From NCBI GenBank assembly GCA_965222895.1, contig CBDCVB010000002.1:798037-862036 (forward strand): DNA of 64,000 nt, read 5' to 3'. This document shows positions 54,256 through 62,908 of this stretch, one piece after another (the stretch's first letter is position 1; each line of letters starts with the position of its first letter). A model generated the notes under the pieces. That model did not search any database, was not told where the DNA came from, and saw nothing but the letters and a program-made list of their open reading frames with translations. The translations under genes and the position numbers were made by a program. Origin of the DNA: Dehalococcoidia bacterium (lineage in GTDB: Bacteria > Chloroflexota > Dehalococcoidia > Lucifugimonadales > UBA3495).

Positions 54256-55668
54256 TCACCGGCGCGCGCCGCCCTGCCGGTAGTCGGGGCCTTCCAGGGG
54301 CAAGTTCGTTACTACGAGGGAGTCCTGCAAGCGCGAGGCGATGCGCGGCCGGGAGGCGGCGATGTCTGCCAGGCGATTCGACGTCGTGACGATGGTGGGC
54401 AGCCGCTCCTCGTATCGATAGTTAATTATCTGAAAAAGCTTGTCTTCCGCAAAGGGAGTGCTACGTTCGGCGCCCATATCGTCCAGCACGAGGAAGTCGG
54501 CCATGCGAATGCGGTGCAGCAAATCGTCGTGGGTTATGGGGCTGTCCGGGTTGAACGTGGCGCGCAGGTAGTCCAGCAGGTCGGCCACGGTAGCGAAGAA
54601 AACGTCATCGCCCCGGCTTTCTCTTTCGACCGCAGCGGCCACGGCCAGGTGGGTTTTGCCCACTCCGAAGGGGCCGGACAGGTTCAGCCAGCCGGCAGGT
54701 CGTTCCACCCACCGCTTGATGTACCCGTGGATTCCGGCGAGGGAAGCGCATTGCTCCTTGGTGAGCTGGCCGTTGCCGTCGGTGTGGAACGAGTCGAAAG
54801 TCATGCGGCGGCGCATATTGGGAGGAACCTCACCGGCCATGCGGGTCAGGGCATCGCCGTGCCGACCCAACTGGTACAGACGGGAGAATCCGTCGATGGA
54901 GGCCAATCGGGACCGCAAAAATTCGTCGGCCCGATCTGGGTCGCCGCGCACGGTGATCACGGTAGGCAAACGGGAGGAATGGCGGTGAGCCAGCAGCTGG
55001 AACAGTCGATCCTGTCCCCAGGGCGTAGCCGGATTGGTAGGCAGGTCATCCAGAATCAGGAGCGGAGCGTTGCGAACCTGCTCGAACAGGTCAACGAAAG
55101 TCAGCTCTTCGTCATCGTCAAATCCGCCCCGCAGGTAGTCCAGCAAGTCGGCGGCGGTGACGAACAGCGCGGGTTGGCCCAACTCAATCTGGCGGTTGGC
55201 GATGGCGGCGGCGAGATAGGATTTGCCGCTGCCGCTGGGCCCGGCGAATGAAATCCACCCGCTGGGTTGCTCAGCGTACTCGGCGGCGGCGTCCAGCGCA
55301 GCGGAGAAGGCTCTGCGATTGGCCGGGTTGCTGATGTATCGGTCCGGATCGGCGGCGGCCAGCGTGAACTGGCGCAAGGGGCCCAGCTTGCTATAGCGTT
55401 CCAGCGCGGCGGTGCGCGTGGTTGTGTCGGCATCCCCTTGCTGACAACGGCAGGGAAACGCCCGCCCGAAGTCAGGGTGTCCAACCGGCACGTTGGGAGA
55501 CAACCAACCGGCGCCGTTGCAAATGTGGCAGTCGCTAACTGCCGGTTGCCTCGCGTTGATCGGCATCGGATTCCCAGGGTAATCGGCCGCCATAAAGTCG
55601 TCGGACTTCTTCAACGTATCCGGTGCGGCTATCCGGCGCAGAATCGCGCCCAGGCTTTCCATGCTCAT
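54256..55668 (-). CDS. DnaC/DnaI/IstB-like helicase loader with two tandem AAA+ modules
   Basis: An N-terminal Cys cluster is present (CHICNGAGW..FPCRC). Module 1 has GPSGSGKS, LLILDD and TVITVRG. Module 2 has GPFGVGKT, FLVLDDMGAE and TIVTTSN. The start is uncertain (ATG at 55668, 55593 or 55566) because of overlap with the upstream gene. Confidence 0.75.
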   Translation of the reverse strand: MSMESLGAILRRIAAPDTLKKSDDFMAADYPGNPMPINARQPAVSDCHICNGAGWLSPNVPVGHPDFGRAFPCRCQQGDADTTTRTAALERYSKLGPLRQFTLAAADPDRYISNPANRRAFSAALDAAAEYAEQPSGWISFAGPSGSGKSYLAAAIANRQIELGQPALFVTAADLLDYLRGGFDDDEELTFVDLFEQVRNAPLLILDDLPTNPATPWGQDRLFQLLAHRHSSRLPTVITVRGDPDRADEFLRSRLASIDGFSRLYQLGRHGDALTRMAGEVPPNMRRRMTFDSFHTDGNGQLTKEQCASLAGIHGYIKRWVERPAGWLNLSGPFGVGKTHLAVAAAVERESRGDDVFFATVADLLDYLRATFNPDSPITHDDLLHRIRMADFLVLDDMGAERSTPFAEDKLFQIINYRYEERLPTIVTTSNRLADIAASRPRIASRLQDSLVVTNLPLEGPDYRQGGARR

Positions 55669-56386
55669 GGTGCTGGTCTCGTTGGCGGTTGCGTGATGCG
55701 GTAGGTTCGGCGGGACGCCCTTCCTGGAGCCATCGGCGCAGGATGGCGACGACGTACTGCCAACTGCGGGCGTTGTGCTCGGCGGCCATGTCGAACGCTG
55801 CTTCGATCCAGGCCGCCGGATATTCTTCCTCGGCAGCCACCAGTTGTTCACCGACGTTGTGGCCGATGGTGCCAATGTGCCGTTCGTAGAGAGTGAAAAT
55901 GTTGGCAACACGGCCAGCCGGCCGCAACGTCGGTTGATAGCCCAACTGGCGAAAGGCTGCGGCTGGGTCGGACACACTTTCGGGAGGCAGGGGCTGCAAT
56001 CCCGACTTGGCCAGATACTGCTGGCAGTCCTGGTCATTGATGAGTACCCGGATTTCGCCCCGGTCCTGGATTGCCGACAACGTTCCGCGGCGCAGGTTGT
56101 CGGCCAGGGCGGTGCGGATGGCCGCGTCGGGAGTGGCGGCGCCGTCGGTTTCGGTTGCGTTGGATTGCTGCAACACCGCATCGTCCAGCAGTTCGGCCAG
56201 TCCCAGTGATGGTGGAATGCCGCCGCGGTTGGGTTGCTCGGCCAGCAGCGCGGCGACCCGGAGGGCCAGTTTCAGCTCGGCAAGGTTGTCGATTTGGGCC
56301 AGCGTTGCACCAACCAGGTTTGCCGGAATGGGGATGCGGCGGACGCTGGTTTTCCGGTCGGGTGGGTCACCGGCTGCTGGCGGCAT
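55535..56386 (-). CDS. DnaD-domain (DnaB_2) replication protein
   Basis: NIFTLYERHIGTIGHNVGEQLVAAEEEYPAAWIEAAFDMAAEHNARSWQYVVAILRRW is a typical DnaD C-terminal domain. Its ATG directly abuts the dnaB stop. Confidence 0.7.
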   Translation of the reverse strand: MPPAAGDPPDRKTSVRRIPIPANLVGATLAQIDNLAELKLALRVAALLAEQPNRGGIPPSLGLAELLDDAVLQQSNATETDGAATPDAAIRTALADNLRRGTLSAIQDRGEIRVLINDQDCQQYLAKSGLQPLPPESVSDPAAAFRQLGYQPTLRPAGRVANIFTLYERHIGTIGHNVGEQLVAAEEEYPAAWIEAAFDMAAEHNARSWQYVVAILRRWLQEGRPAEPTASRNRQRDQHHEHGKPGRDSAPDSRTGYVEEVRRLYGGRLPWESDADQREATGS

Positions 56387-57772
56387 CTAGGCGACGGACT
56401 CCTGATAGTGGGCCAACTGGTCGAAGCGCATCAGCGTGTCGCGGAAGTACAGGTGCAGGCTGCCGGTGGGCCCGTGGCGGTGCTTGGCTACGATCAGCTC
56501 GGCAATGTTGCGGGGATAGGGACGACCCGGTGCGTGCTGCTCCCATTCCTCTTCGGTGTAGTTTTTGTCCTCGCGGTAAATGAACATCACCACGTCGGCG
56601 TCCTGCTCAATGCTGCCGCTATCGCGCAGGTCGGAAAGCTGGGGGCGATGGCCGGGGCGGTTTTCGACCACGCGGCTGAGCTGCGAACAGGTGAATACCG
56701 GCACGTTCAAGTCGCGAGCCATGCCTTTCAGCAACCGGGAAATCTCGCTGATTTCCTGCACCCGGTTTTCGCCGCCGCCGCGCCGCCGATTTGATCCCTC
56801 AATGAGTTGCAGGTAGTCCACTACCAGGAAATCGAGGCCGTGTTCCAATTTGAGCCGTTGGGCCTTGCTACGCATCTCAATGACTGACTGGAAGGGCGTG
56901 TCGTCCACGTAGATGGGCAGGCCGGACAACCGGCCTACGGCGTCGGCCAGGTTGCTTTCGTCCTGCTCCGAGTACAAGCCCAGCCTGAGCCGATGCGCGT
57001 CGATGCCGGTTTCAGCGGCCAGGATACGCATGGCAATCTGTTCCCGGCTCATCTCGAGGCTGAAAATGCCGCAAGTTTCGCCGTTTTTGGCCGCGTTAAC
57101 ACCTACGTTCAGGGCCAGGCTGCTTTTCCCCAACGCCGGACGGGCGCCTACAATCAACAAATCGGACCGCTGCATCCCACCTAACAAACTGTCCAAATCG
57201 TTGTAGCCGGTTTGTAATGGCAATCCCGCCGCTTCCGCGACATCAGCAACGTCGCCCAGCAAGTAAGGGTCAAGCAGAGTGGATAGAGGTACGAAACCCC
57301 GGTTGGTGTCAGTGGGCTGAACGGTGAACAGCACATCCACCGCCTGGCGGATGGTTTCGTCAGCGTCGGTGTTGTCCTCGAACCCGAGTTCGGCGATGCG
57401 ATTGCCAGCGTCAATGAGGCGACGTTTTACCGCCGTGTCGGCGACTATCCCGGCGTAGTATTCGACATTGACCGACGTGGGCGTGCTGGAGATTAGCTGA
57501 CCCAGATACGCCGGCCCGCCCACTTGTTCCAGCCGGTCCTGCCGGTCCAGTTCACGGGCGACGGTAATCGGGTCGATGGCATCCTGCTGGCCGAAGAGCG
57601 CGATGCAGGCTTCGTAGCAGAACCGATGGCGGGCCCGGTGAAAATCCTCCGGCTTAATCAGCGGCAGGACTCGGTGCAGAGCCTCGCCATCGATGAGCAG
57701 GCCGCCCAGCACTGCTGCTTCGGCGTTGTGGTCGTAGGGAAGCTGGCGTTCACTGTATTGGGTGACAACCAC
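56387..57772 (-). CDS. dnaB: Replicative DNA helicase
   Basis: Motifs: LPYDHNAEAAVLGGLL, GARPALGKSSLALN, FLVVDYLQL, SQLSR. Confidence 0.95.
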   Translation of the reverse strand: MVVTQYSERQLPYDHNAEAAVLGGLLIDGEALHRVLPLIKPEDFHRARHRFCYEACIALFGQQDAIDPITVARELDRQDRLEQVGGPAYLGQLISSTPTSVNVEYYAGIVADTAVKRRLIDAGNRIAELGFEDNTDADETIRQAVDVLFTVQPTDTNRGFVPLSTLLDPYLLGDVADVAEAAGLPLQTGYNDLDSLLGGMQRSDLLIVGARPALGKSSLALNVGVNAAKNGETCGIFSLEMSREQIAMRILAAETGIDAHRLRLGLYSEQDESNLADAVGRLSGLPIYVDDTPFQSVIEMRSKAQRLKLEHGLDFLVVDYLQLIEGSNRRRGGGENRVQEISEISRLLKGMARDLNVPVFTCSQLSRVVENRPGHRPQLSDLRDSGSIEQDADVVMFIYREDKNYTEEEWEQHAPGRPYPRNIAELIVAKHRHGPTGSLHLYFRDTLMRFDQLAHYQESVA

Positions 57773-57778
57773 CGTCAG

Positions 57779-58228
57779 CTACTCCTCAATAGTTGCCACC
57801 ACGTTGACGGTTGCCGTAATCTCGCTGGAAAGCGGGAGGGAAACTTCGTACTCGCCGGGTTCCCGAATTGGTTCCATGTCATTGGTGAAGCGCCGGTCAA
57901 TCTCACGGCCCAGCGTTTCGCCAATTGCCTCGGCGATGCGCAGGCCGCTGATGGTGCCGTAGTAACGCCCGGTGGGGGTGACGCGTCCGGTGACGGTTAC
58001 GGTGAGATTGTCCAGGGCTTCTGCCAGCTCTTCCATGACCTGGGTTACCCGGGCGCGCTGGGCATTGCCTTCCTGCCGGACTTTCGCCAGCCGTTTCAGG
58101 GTTTCTTCGCTGGCGAGTTCGGCGAGGCCCTTTGGCAGCAGGTAGTTGCGGGCGTAGCCGCGGGCGACTCGCTTGACTTCACCTGCACGGGCCTGGTCGG
58201 GAACATCCTTCAGGAACAACATCATCAT
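57779..58228 (-). CDS. rplI: 50S ribosomal protein L9
   Basis: Motif: LKDVPDQARAGEVKRVARGYARNYLLPKGLA. Confidence 0.9.
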   Translation of the reverse strand: MMMLFLKDVPDQARAGEVKRVARGYARNYLLPKGLAELASEETLKRLAKVRQEGNAQRARVTQVMEELAEALDNLTVTVTGRVTPTGRYYGTISGLRIAEAIGETLGREIDRRFTNDMEPIREPGEYEVSLPLSSEITATVNVVATIEE

Positions 58229-58394
58229 GGTGAGAGCCTCTCATCGGGTTGGCCGGCCGGTATTGGGCCCGGCGGCACAGATTGCATGGTACGGATTGCG
58301 TGGTAAAGATCGGCTCCCCACCGGGCAGCGGGGCCACTCTTTTTCGCCCCCCATTATAGACTATCTGCCCAAGCGTAGAAACAACGCAGCGGTC

Positions 58395-58542
58395 CTCATG
58401 CGTACCCGCTTTGTCATTGCGAGCGTAGCGTGGCAACCTCGTCGTCGTAGCAACGGCGGTTGGCCGACGTGTGTTCAACCTCATCGAGATTGCCACGTCG
58501 CTATGCTCCTCGCAATGACAGATTAAAGTGGGTACGCGGGAC
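58395..58542. mobile_element. 148-bp MITE (type 1), copy 2, inverted relative to copy 1
   Basis: It has the same length as copy 1 and over 90% identity to the reverse complement of 26379-26526 by eye. The termini are CTCATGCGTACCC.. and ..GGGTACGCGGGAC. The flanking 10-mers CGCAGCGGTC (58385-58394) and CTCAGCGGCC (58543-58552) match at 8 of 10 positions. Confidence 0.75.
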
Positions 58543-58686
58543 CTCAGCGGCCAGCGCGCGACGATTCAGGGAATTGACTACGAACGGTCAGCCGTCTACG
58601 CTGGGGCGGGTCAGACGGACAACTAACCTACCATACGTGCGGTACGACGCGCGGCAAGCGGCAGGTTCCGAAAGTTGGAGGCGCAA

Positions 58687-59355
58687 ATGTCATTTTGTGA
58701 GGAGATAGAACGGGAATCGGCTGCCCAACGCGAGGCGATGGCCAACCATCCATTCGTTCGTGGTATCGGCGACGGGACGCTGCCGATGGATCGGTTCCGG
58801 CATTTCATCACCCAGGATTACGTTTACCTGGTGGATTTTGCCCGATGCCTGGCATTGGCGGCAGCCAAAGCGCCCGACCTGCCCACGATGAGCTGGTTCG
58901 CCCGCGCGGTGGATTACATCCTGAACACCGAGATGGACTTGCACCGTTCCTATTGCGCCGGGTTCGGCATCACTGAGGCCGAGCTTGACGCAACGCGGCA
59001 CGCGCCGACGACGTACTCGTACACCAGCTACCTGCTGCGAGTCGCTCATCAAGGCACTTTTGGCGAGTTGGTGGCCGCGCTGATCCCCTGCATCTGGGGG
59101 TACTGGCAGGTGGGCAAGCGGCTGGCCGACCAAGGCGAGCCCGAGAATGCTCCGGGCTACGCGGAGTGGATACGCATGTACGCGGCGCCCGGGCAACAGG
59201 CGGTGGCCGAAGAATCCCGGGAGATTTGCGACCGCGTTGCCGCCACCGCCGGGTCTGCCGAAATCGCTGCGATGAAAGAAGCCTACATCACCTGCACCCG
59301 CTATGAGCAGGCGTTCTGGGAGATGGGGTGGACGCTGCAGGACTGGCCGGTGTAG
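58687..59355 (+). CDS. tenA: TenA-family aminopyrimidine aminohydrolase (thiaminase II)
   Basis: Motifs: HPFVRGIGDGTLPMDRFRHFITQDYVYLVDFAR and C-terminal YEQAFWEMGW. The ATG at 58687 is preceded by GGAGG. Confidence 0.85.
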   Translation: MSFCEEIERESAAQREAMANHPFVRGIGDGTLPMDRFRHFITQDYVYLVDFARCLALAAAKAPDLPTMSWFARAVDYILNTEMDLHRSYCAGFGITEAELDATRHAPTTYSYTSYLLRVAHQGTFGELVAALIPCIWGYWQVGKRLADQGEPENAPGYAEWIRMYAAPGQQAVAEESREICDRVAATAGSAEIAAMKEAYITCTRYEQAFWEMGWTLQDWPV

Positions 59356-59438
59356 GTGGCGTCGTGGAGCGGCAATGCGGCGGGGAAGTCCGGCAATGCG
59401 AGAAGTCCGGCAGTGTGAAAGGAATGCAGCGTGATGGC

Positions 59439-59513
59439 TGGTCGGGGTGGGCAGATTCGAACTGCCGATCTCCTGCTCCCAAAGCAGGCGCCTTGCCGCT
59501 AGGCCACACCCCG
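59439..59513 (-). tRNA. tRNA-Pro (anticodon TGG), CCA encoded
   Basis: The reverse complement is CGGGGTG-TG-GCCT..AGGC-G-CCTGC-TTTGGGA-GCAGG..GGCAG-TTCGAAT-CTGCC-CACCCCG-A-CCA. All four stems pair. Confidence 0.9.
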
Positions 59514-59592
59514 ACGCCGCGCCGGGCCCGGGTAATCCGACGGCGGGCGGCGACATCTCGCGGCAGGCGTCGACCCGCGTCGGTGGAGCAAG

Positions 59593-59664
59593 TACCCCCG
59601 CGGAGACTCGAACTCCGGTCTCTGGCTCCGGAGGCCAGCACTCTATCCACTGAGCTACAGGGGC
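59593..59664 (-). tRNA. tRNA-Arg (anticodon CCG), CCA not encoded
   Basis: The reverse complement is GCCCCTG-TA-GCTC..GAGT-G-CTGGC-CTCCGGA-GCCAG-AGAC-CGGAG-TTCGAGT-CTCCG-CGGGGGT-A. The stems pair, with G-U at positions 1-72 and 6-67. Confidence 0.85.
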
Positions 59665-59717
59665 ACCTTAAATGCTACCACAGCGGTGGCGTCAGCCGCC
59701 AATTCATTCTCGCAACC

Positions 59718-60005
59718 CTACTCAATCGTTATCGAACCGTTGAAAGTGGTCAGCGTCAGACTGGCGTCGCCGTTACCGATGATTCCCTCAAGGCGGCGCT
59801 GGCCTGCCAGCTCGCTCACGGTAATATCGCTGGAAAGGTTAATCCCTCCGTTGGTCGTCGTCGCTTGCACCCGCACACTGGGCGATTCGCCGGCCAGCGC
59901 AGCCGTAATGCTGCCGTTGGTGGTTCCGAATCGGTTTTCCGTCCCTTGGTCAATTCTCCCTGGAACCGTATAGCCCCATTGAAGGATTGGAGGTTGAATT
60001 CTCAC
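59718..60005 (-). CDS. DUF4097 repeat protein, C-terminal part (split gene or coupled second ORF)
   Basis: Repeats TNGSITA, TNGGINL and FNGSITIE are present. Its GTG start overlaps the upstream stop (GTGA). Confidence 0.5.
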   Translation of the reverse strand: MRIQPPILQWGYTVPGRIDQGTENRFGTTNGSITAALAGESPSVRVQATTTNGGINLSSDITVSELAGQRRLEGIIGNGDASLTLTTFNGSITIE

Positions 60006-60547
60006 AGTCCCTTTTCGACGTTGATTTTCCCATTGGCCGTGTGAATGTCGTACCTGCCATCCGCGCCCTGAGCCACTACAGCGCCGTTGGAAGTACGTAA
60101 CTCTACGTCTCCGGCCACGTTGCGCAGCGTTATGGACCCATTGGAGTTGTGGACTTCCACATTAGTATCGCGCGGTGCCATAACTTCAATACTCGCGCTG
60201 CCGTTACGAAATAGTAATTTCGCCCACCAACTCTGCCCTGACTTGAGCTCCTTTGCCGCAATCCGTATTGTGTCGCCGTCCTGCGTTGCCTGGTAACCTA
60301 TGCGTTCCGGCCGCTGTAATTTCGCCTCAACCCGAATCTCTGCGCCATCCCCGCCGCCAATTACCTCGACCCGGCCATTGGCATTTTCGATTATCAGCGT
60401 CGGGACGCCGCTGACGACGAACGTATTTGTCATCGGTGCCATAGTCTTCACCCCGATGTCTCTGGCAAATCCGCAGGCGATGACGACAAATCCCATTATC
60501 GCTGCGGACAAACACAGAGCAAATAACTTCGTCATACCGGACCTCAC
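60002..60547 (-). CDS. DUF4097-family (putative adhesin beta-strand repeat) lipoprotein, N-terminal part
   Basis: It has a signal/lipobox-like N-terminus (LSAAIMGFVVIACG) and repeated xNGxIxx strands (NANGRVEV, SNGSITL, SNGAVVA, ANGKINV). Confidence 0.65.
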   Translation of the reverse strand: MRSGMTKLFALCLSAAIMGFVVIACGFARDIGVKTMAPMTNTFVVSGVPTLIIENANGRVEVIGGGDGAEIRVEAKLQRPERIGYQATQDGDTIRIAAKELKSGQSWWAKLLFRNGSASIEVMAPRDTNVEVHNSNGSITLRNVAGDVELRTSNGAVVAQGADGRYDIHTANGKINVEKGL

Positions 60548-60721
60548 GCAAGTTGCTCACCCCGGCTAGCGGCTCCGCCCCGTTTTCGCGCGCTAATCAG
60601 CGGGAGATGGCAATTAATCACAACACCCGTTGGGCCGGCGGGGAGCGAATAATCTAATGATACCGCACCTCCGGGCGACGGAAAGCGCGCTCCTGGTCCA
60701 ACTTCGTTTGCTGACGCGCTT

Positions 60722-60762
60722 CAGAAAGGCTGCGGGGCGCTACCATTTGGCAGCGCCCCGCA
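60722..60762 (-). terminator. Hairpin terminator downstream of the TRAP binding-protein gene
   Basis: An 11-bp stem TGCGGGGCGCT/AGCGCCCCGCA (60731-60741 and 60752-60762) is followed on the minus strand by CCUUUCUG. Confidence 0.5.
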
Positions 60763-60793
60763 TAGCAAGTATTCCCGTCGTTTGACTCGTAGA

Positions 60794-61981
60794 TTATTGC
60801 CGGGATGCCGTCCCGTCCGGGTTGATTACCACACCCGAAATGGGCGCGATCAGCGAGTTGTAGAGCAGCCCGGCCTCGGATTCCGGCCCGCCGGCCCGTT
60901 CGATCCATTTGGGCAGAACTTCATTGACGGCGGCATCTTTCAAGATTGTGTGCATCTCGGGTGAGAACTCGCTATAAACCATGCCCTCGGCGATGTTTTG
61001 GCCTACCGATTCTTCGTCCCAGACATAGACAGCGGCCAAGTTGCGTTCCTCGTGTTTGAGTCCTTCTTCCAACAGTATTTGCTGGATGTCAGGCGGGATT
61101 TCGGCCCAGGTGTCTCCGTTGATGGTGATGAAGGTTTGGGCGAAGGAACCGACGAAGGGGCCAGTGAGATGACTCGTCACCTCATACCAGCGTTGGCCGT
61201 AGCCGGCTGATGCCGCGGTTACACCCGCTTCCAGGATGCCACGTTCCAACGCCGTATACACTTCGGCGAAGGCCATAGTCTGGGGACCGGCGCCCAGCGC
61301 GCTAATCAGGTCGCCCAGCACTGGGCTGTGCACCCTGGTTTTAATATTTTCGTAGTCGGCGAGGGTGTTGAGGGGGCGTTTGCTGTAGAAATACTGGCTG
61401 GGATAGAAGTTGCGGAACACCACCTGTCCGCCGCTCTCGCGGGTAACGATTCGGTACAGGTCTTCGCGCACCGCCGCCACCATTTCGAGGTACTGCTCTG
61501 AGGAATCGGCCAACCCCCAGATGTTGGTGATGTTGAAGATTGGGAAGTCGCCAGCGACGAACCCGGAGTATATTTCGCCAAATTCCACGGTGCCGTCATT
61601 GATGAGACGGATCATGTCGAATCCACTGATGCCCAGTTCAGGATACGAGCTCAGATTGATAGTAACCTGCCCCTCCGTGCGTTCTTCTACGCCCTTGATG
61701 AATTCGTCCACCAGCTGGCAGGGGCGCAGGGTGCGATTGACGCAAACATACTGGAACGTGAATTCGTAGCCTTCCGAAACCAGTTCGGTTTCGCCAGACA
61801 TTGACGCCGCGGTGGTATCGGCAGTGGGCGTATCGGCGGCGGGCGCATCGGTGGGACTAACCGATGCTTCGGTAGCCACCGGCGCTGCCGTCGGTTCGGC
61901 GGCCGGCGGGCTTGATCCGCCGCACGCTATTGCGGCCATAGCCATGCCAAGAATCAAAAAAGCCAATACGAAACGCGCCAT
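60794..61981 (-). CDS. TRAP transporter substrate-binding protein (DctP-type), lipoprotein
   Basis: It has a lipobox (MAMAAIACGG), a Thr/Ala/Pro linker and the overall DctP-like pattern (YPELGISGF.., FGEIYSG.., PKWIERAGGPE). Confidence 0.7.
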   Translation of the reverse strand: MARFVLAFLILGMAMAAIACGGSSPPAAEPTAAPVATEASVSPTDAPAADTPTADTTAASMSGETELVSEGYEFTFQYVCVNRTLRPCQLVDEFIKGVEERTEGQVTINLSSYPELGISGFDMIRLINDGTVEFGEIYSGFVAGDFPIFNITNIWGLADSSEQYLEMVAAVREDLYRIVTRESGGQVVFRNFYPSQYFYSKRPLNTLADYENIKTRVHSPVLGDLISALGAGPQTMAFAEVYTALERGILEAGVTAASAGYGQRWYEVTSHLTGPFVGSFAQTFITINGDTWAEIPPDIQQILLEEGLKHEERNLAAVYVWDEESVGQNIAEGMVYSEFSPEMHTILKDAAVNEVLPKWIERAGGPESEAGLLYNSLIAPISGVVINPDGTASRQ

Positions 61982-62245
61982 AATTGAACCTCACATTGAC
62001 GAATCGTTATCAAAGGGCATATGCCACATTGATTGTGGGGCAAATTTGAGTAGCCGGGATTGTATTACCGCACCGAAGCAGTGTCAAACCGGGACAATCG
62101 CGTTCAGGCTAAACTGATACCGGTGTTCGGGCTCCGGCCTTTGCCAGGTTGACGTTCTTTGCCCGGAGTGGCGCGGAGGCCTTCAGCCGGGGCCTTAACG
62201 AATAGGCTGTATTGCCGGCCAACAGGCAACGAGTCTCGTGTTCGC

Positions 62246-62401
62246 TCAGAACTCTTCGGCGGTTCTGTCGGGCAAAATGCGAACGTTGACAATGGGGGAG
62301 AGTTTTTCGTTGAAGAGCTTGGCGGCCTCGGAGTCCGGGCCACCGGCCCGTTTGACCCATTGGGGAATGACCTGATTGATGGCGGCATCTTTTAGCGCAC
62401 C
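62246..62401 (-). pseudogene. 3' remnant of a paralogous TRAP substrate-binding protein gene
   Basis: The minus-strand translation LKDAAINQVIPQWVKRAGGPDSEAAKLFNEKLSPIVNVRILPDRTAEEF* aligns with the last ~50 aa of the 60794-61981 product (LKDAAVNEVLPKWIERAGGPESEAGLLYNSLIAPISGVVINPDG..). There is no upstream coding continuation, and an in-frame stop lies at 62402-62404. Confidence 0.7.
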
Positions 62402-62478
62402 TTACCGTCGCCGGAGCCTTATCGTCACCGCAGAGAGGGCAACAAAAAAACGGCCCCGCCGGGAGCCGTTACGCGGAT

Positions 62479-62632
62479 TAGGGCCTGTTGACATTTAGCA
62501 AACCAACCCGTCACTCCCGCGAAAGCGGGAGTCCAGAGCGGGCATTATGAAGGATTCAGAACCGCAATTAACGATTTCGGCCATTGGATTCCCGCTTTCG
62601 CGGGAATGACGGGGAAATGTCAACAGGCCCTA
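62479..62632. mobile_element. 154-bp MITE-like palindromic element (type 2)
   Basis: Terminal inverted repeats are TAGGGCCTGTTGACATTT and AAATGTCAACAGGCCCTA. Internal arms are GTCACTCCCGCGAAAGCGGGAGTCC and GGATTCCCGCTTTCGCGGGAATGAC. Confidence 0.7.
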
Positions 62633-62663
62633 GCTTGATGTGTGGGGGGAATGGTAAGGGATA

Positions 62664-62739
62664 TGGCGACCCCGATCGGATTCGAACCGACGATCTCTGC
62701 CTTGACAGGGCAGTATGTTAACCGCTACACCACGGGGCC
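62664..62739 (-). tRNA. tRNA-Asp (anticodon GTC), CCA encoded
   Basis: The reverse complement is GGCCCCG-TG-GTGTAGCGGTTAACAT-A-CTGCC-CTGTCAA-GGCAG..GTCGG-TTCGAAT-CCGAT-CGGGGTC-G-CCA. Confidence 0.9.
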
Positions 62740-62908
62740 AATTTGCCGCACAACCCAGAGATTGCACGTAATCAATTCTATGGTGAGGAGGCGAATTCTG
62801 TCAAACGCCCACGGTCCGAACGCTGGCGCGGGCCGGGTTTTACGGTTGACGCCAATCCTGTATAGTTGGTGCAATCAATGACCGAGCCCGATGGGCCTGG
62901 AGTTGGCG

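Noticed and set aside
55669-56181. An N-terminal 171-aa extension of the loader ORF (641-aa track ORF).
   Set aside because: It overlaps the DnaD-domain gene, which has a recognisable domain in its own frame. The extension is Pro/Thr/Arg-rich with no motif.
54256-58228. The dnaB-dnaD-dnaC block as a possible prophage or plasmid replication module.
   Set aside because: It is contiguous with rplI in the conserved chromosomal rplI-dnaB arrangement. Composition is host-like, and no phage structural or integrase genes are nearby.
58543-58686. A possible TPP riboswitch upstream of tenA.
   Set aside because: No CUGAGA or ACCUGAUCUGGAUAAUGCCAGCG-like core elements are visible in this leader.
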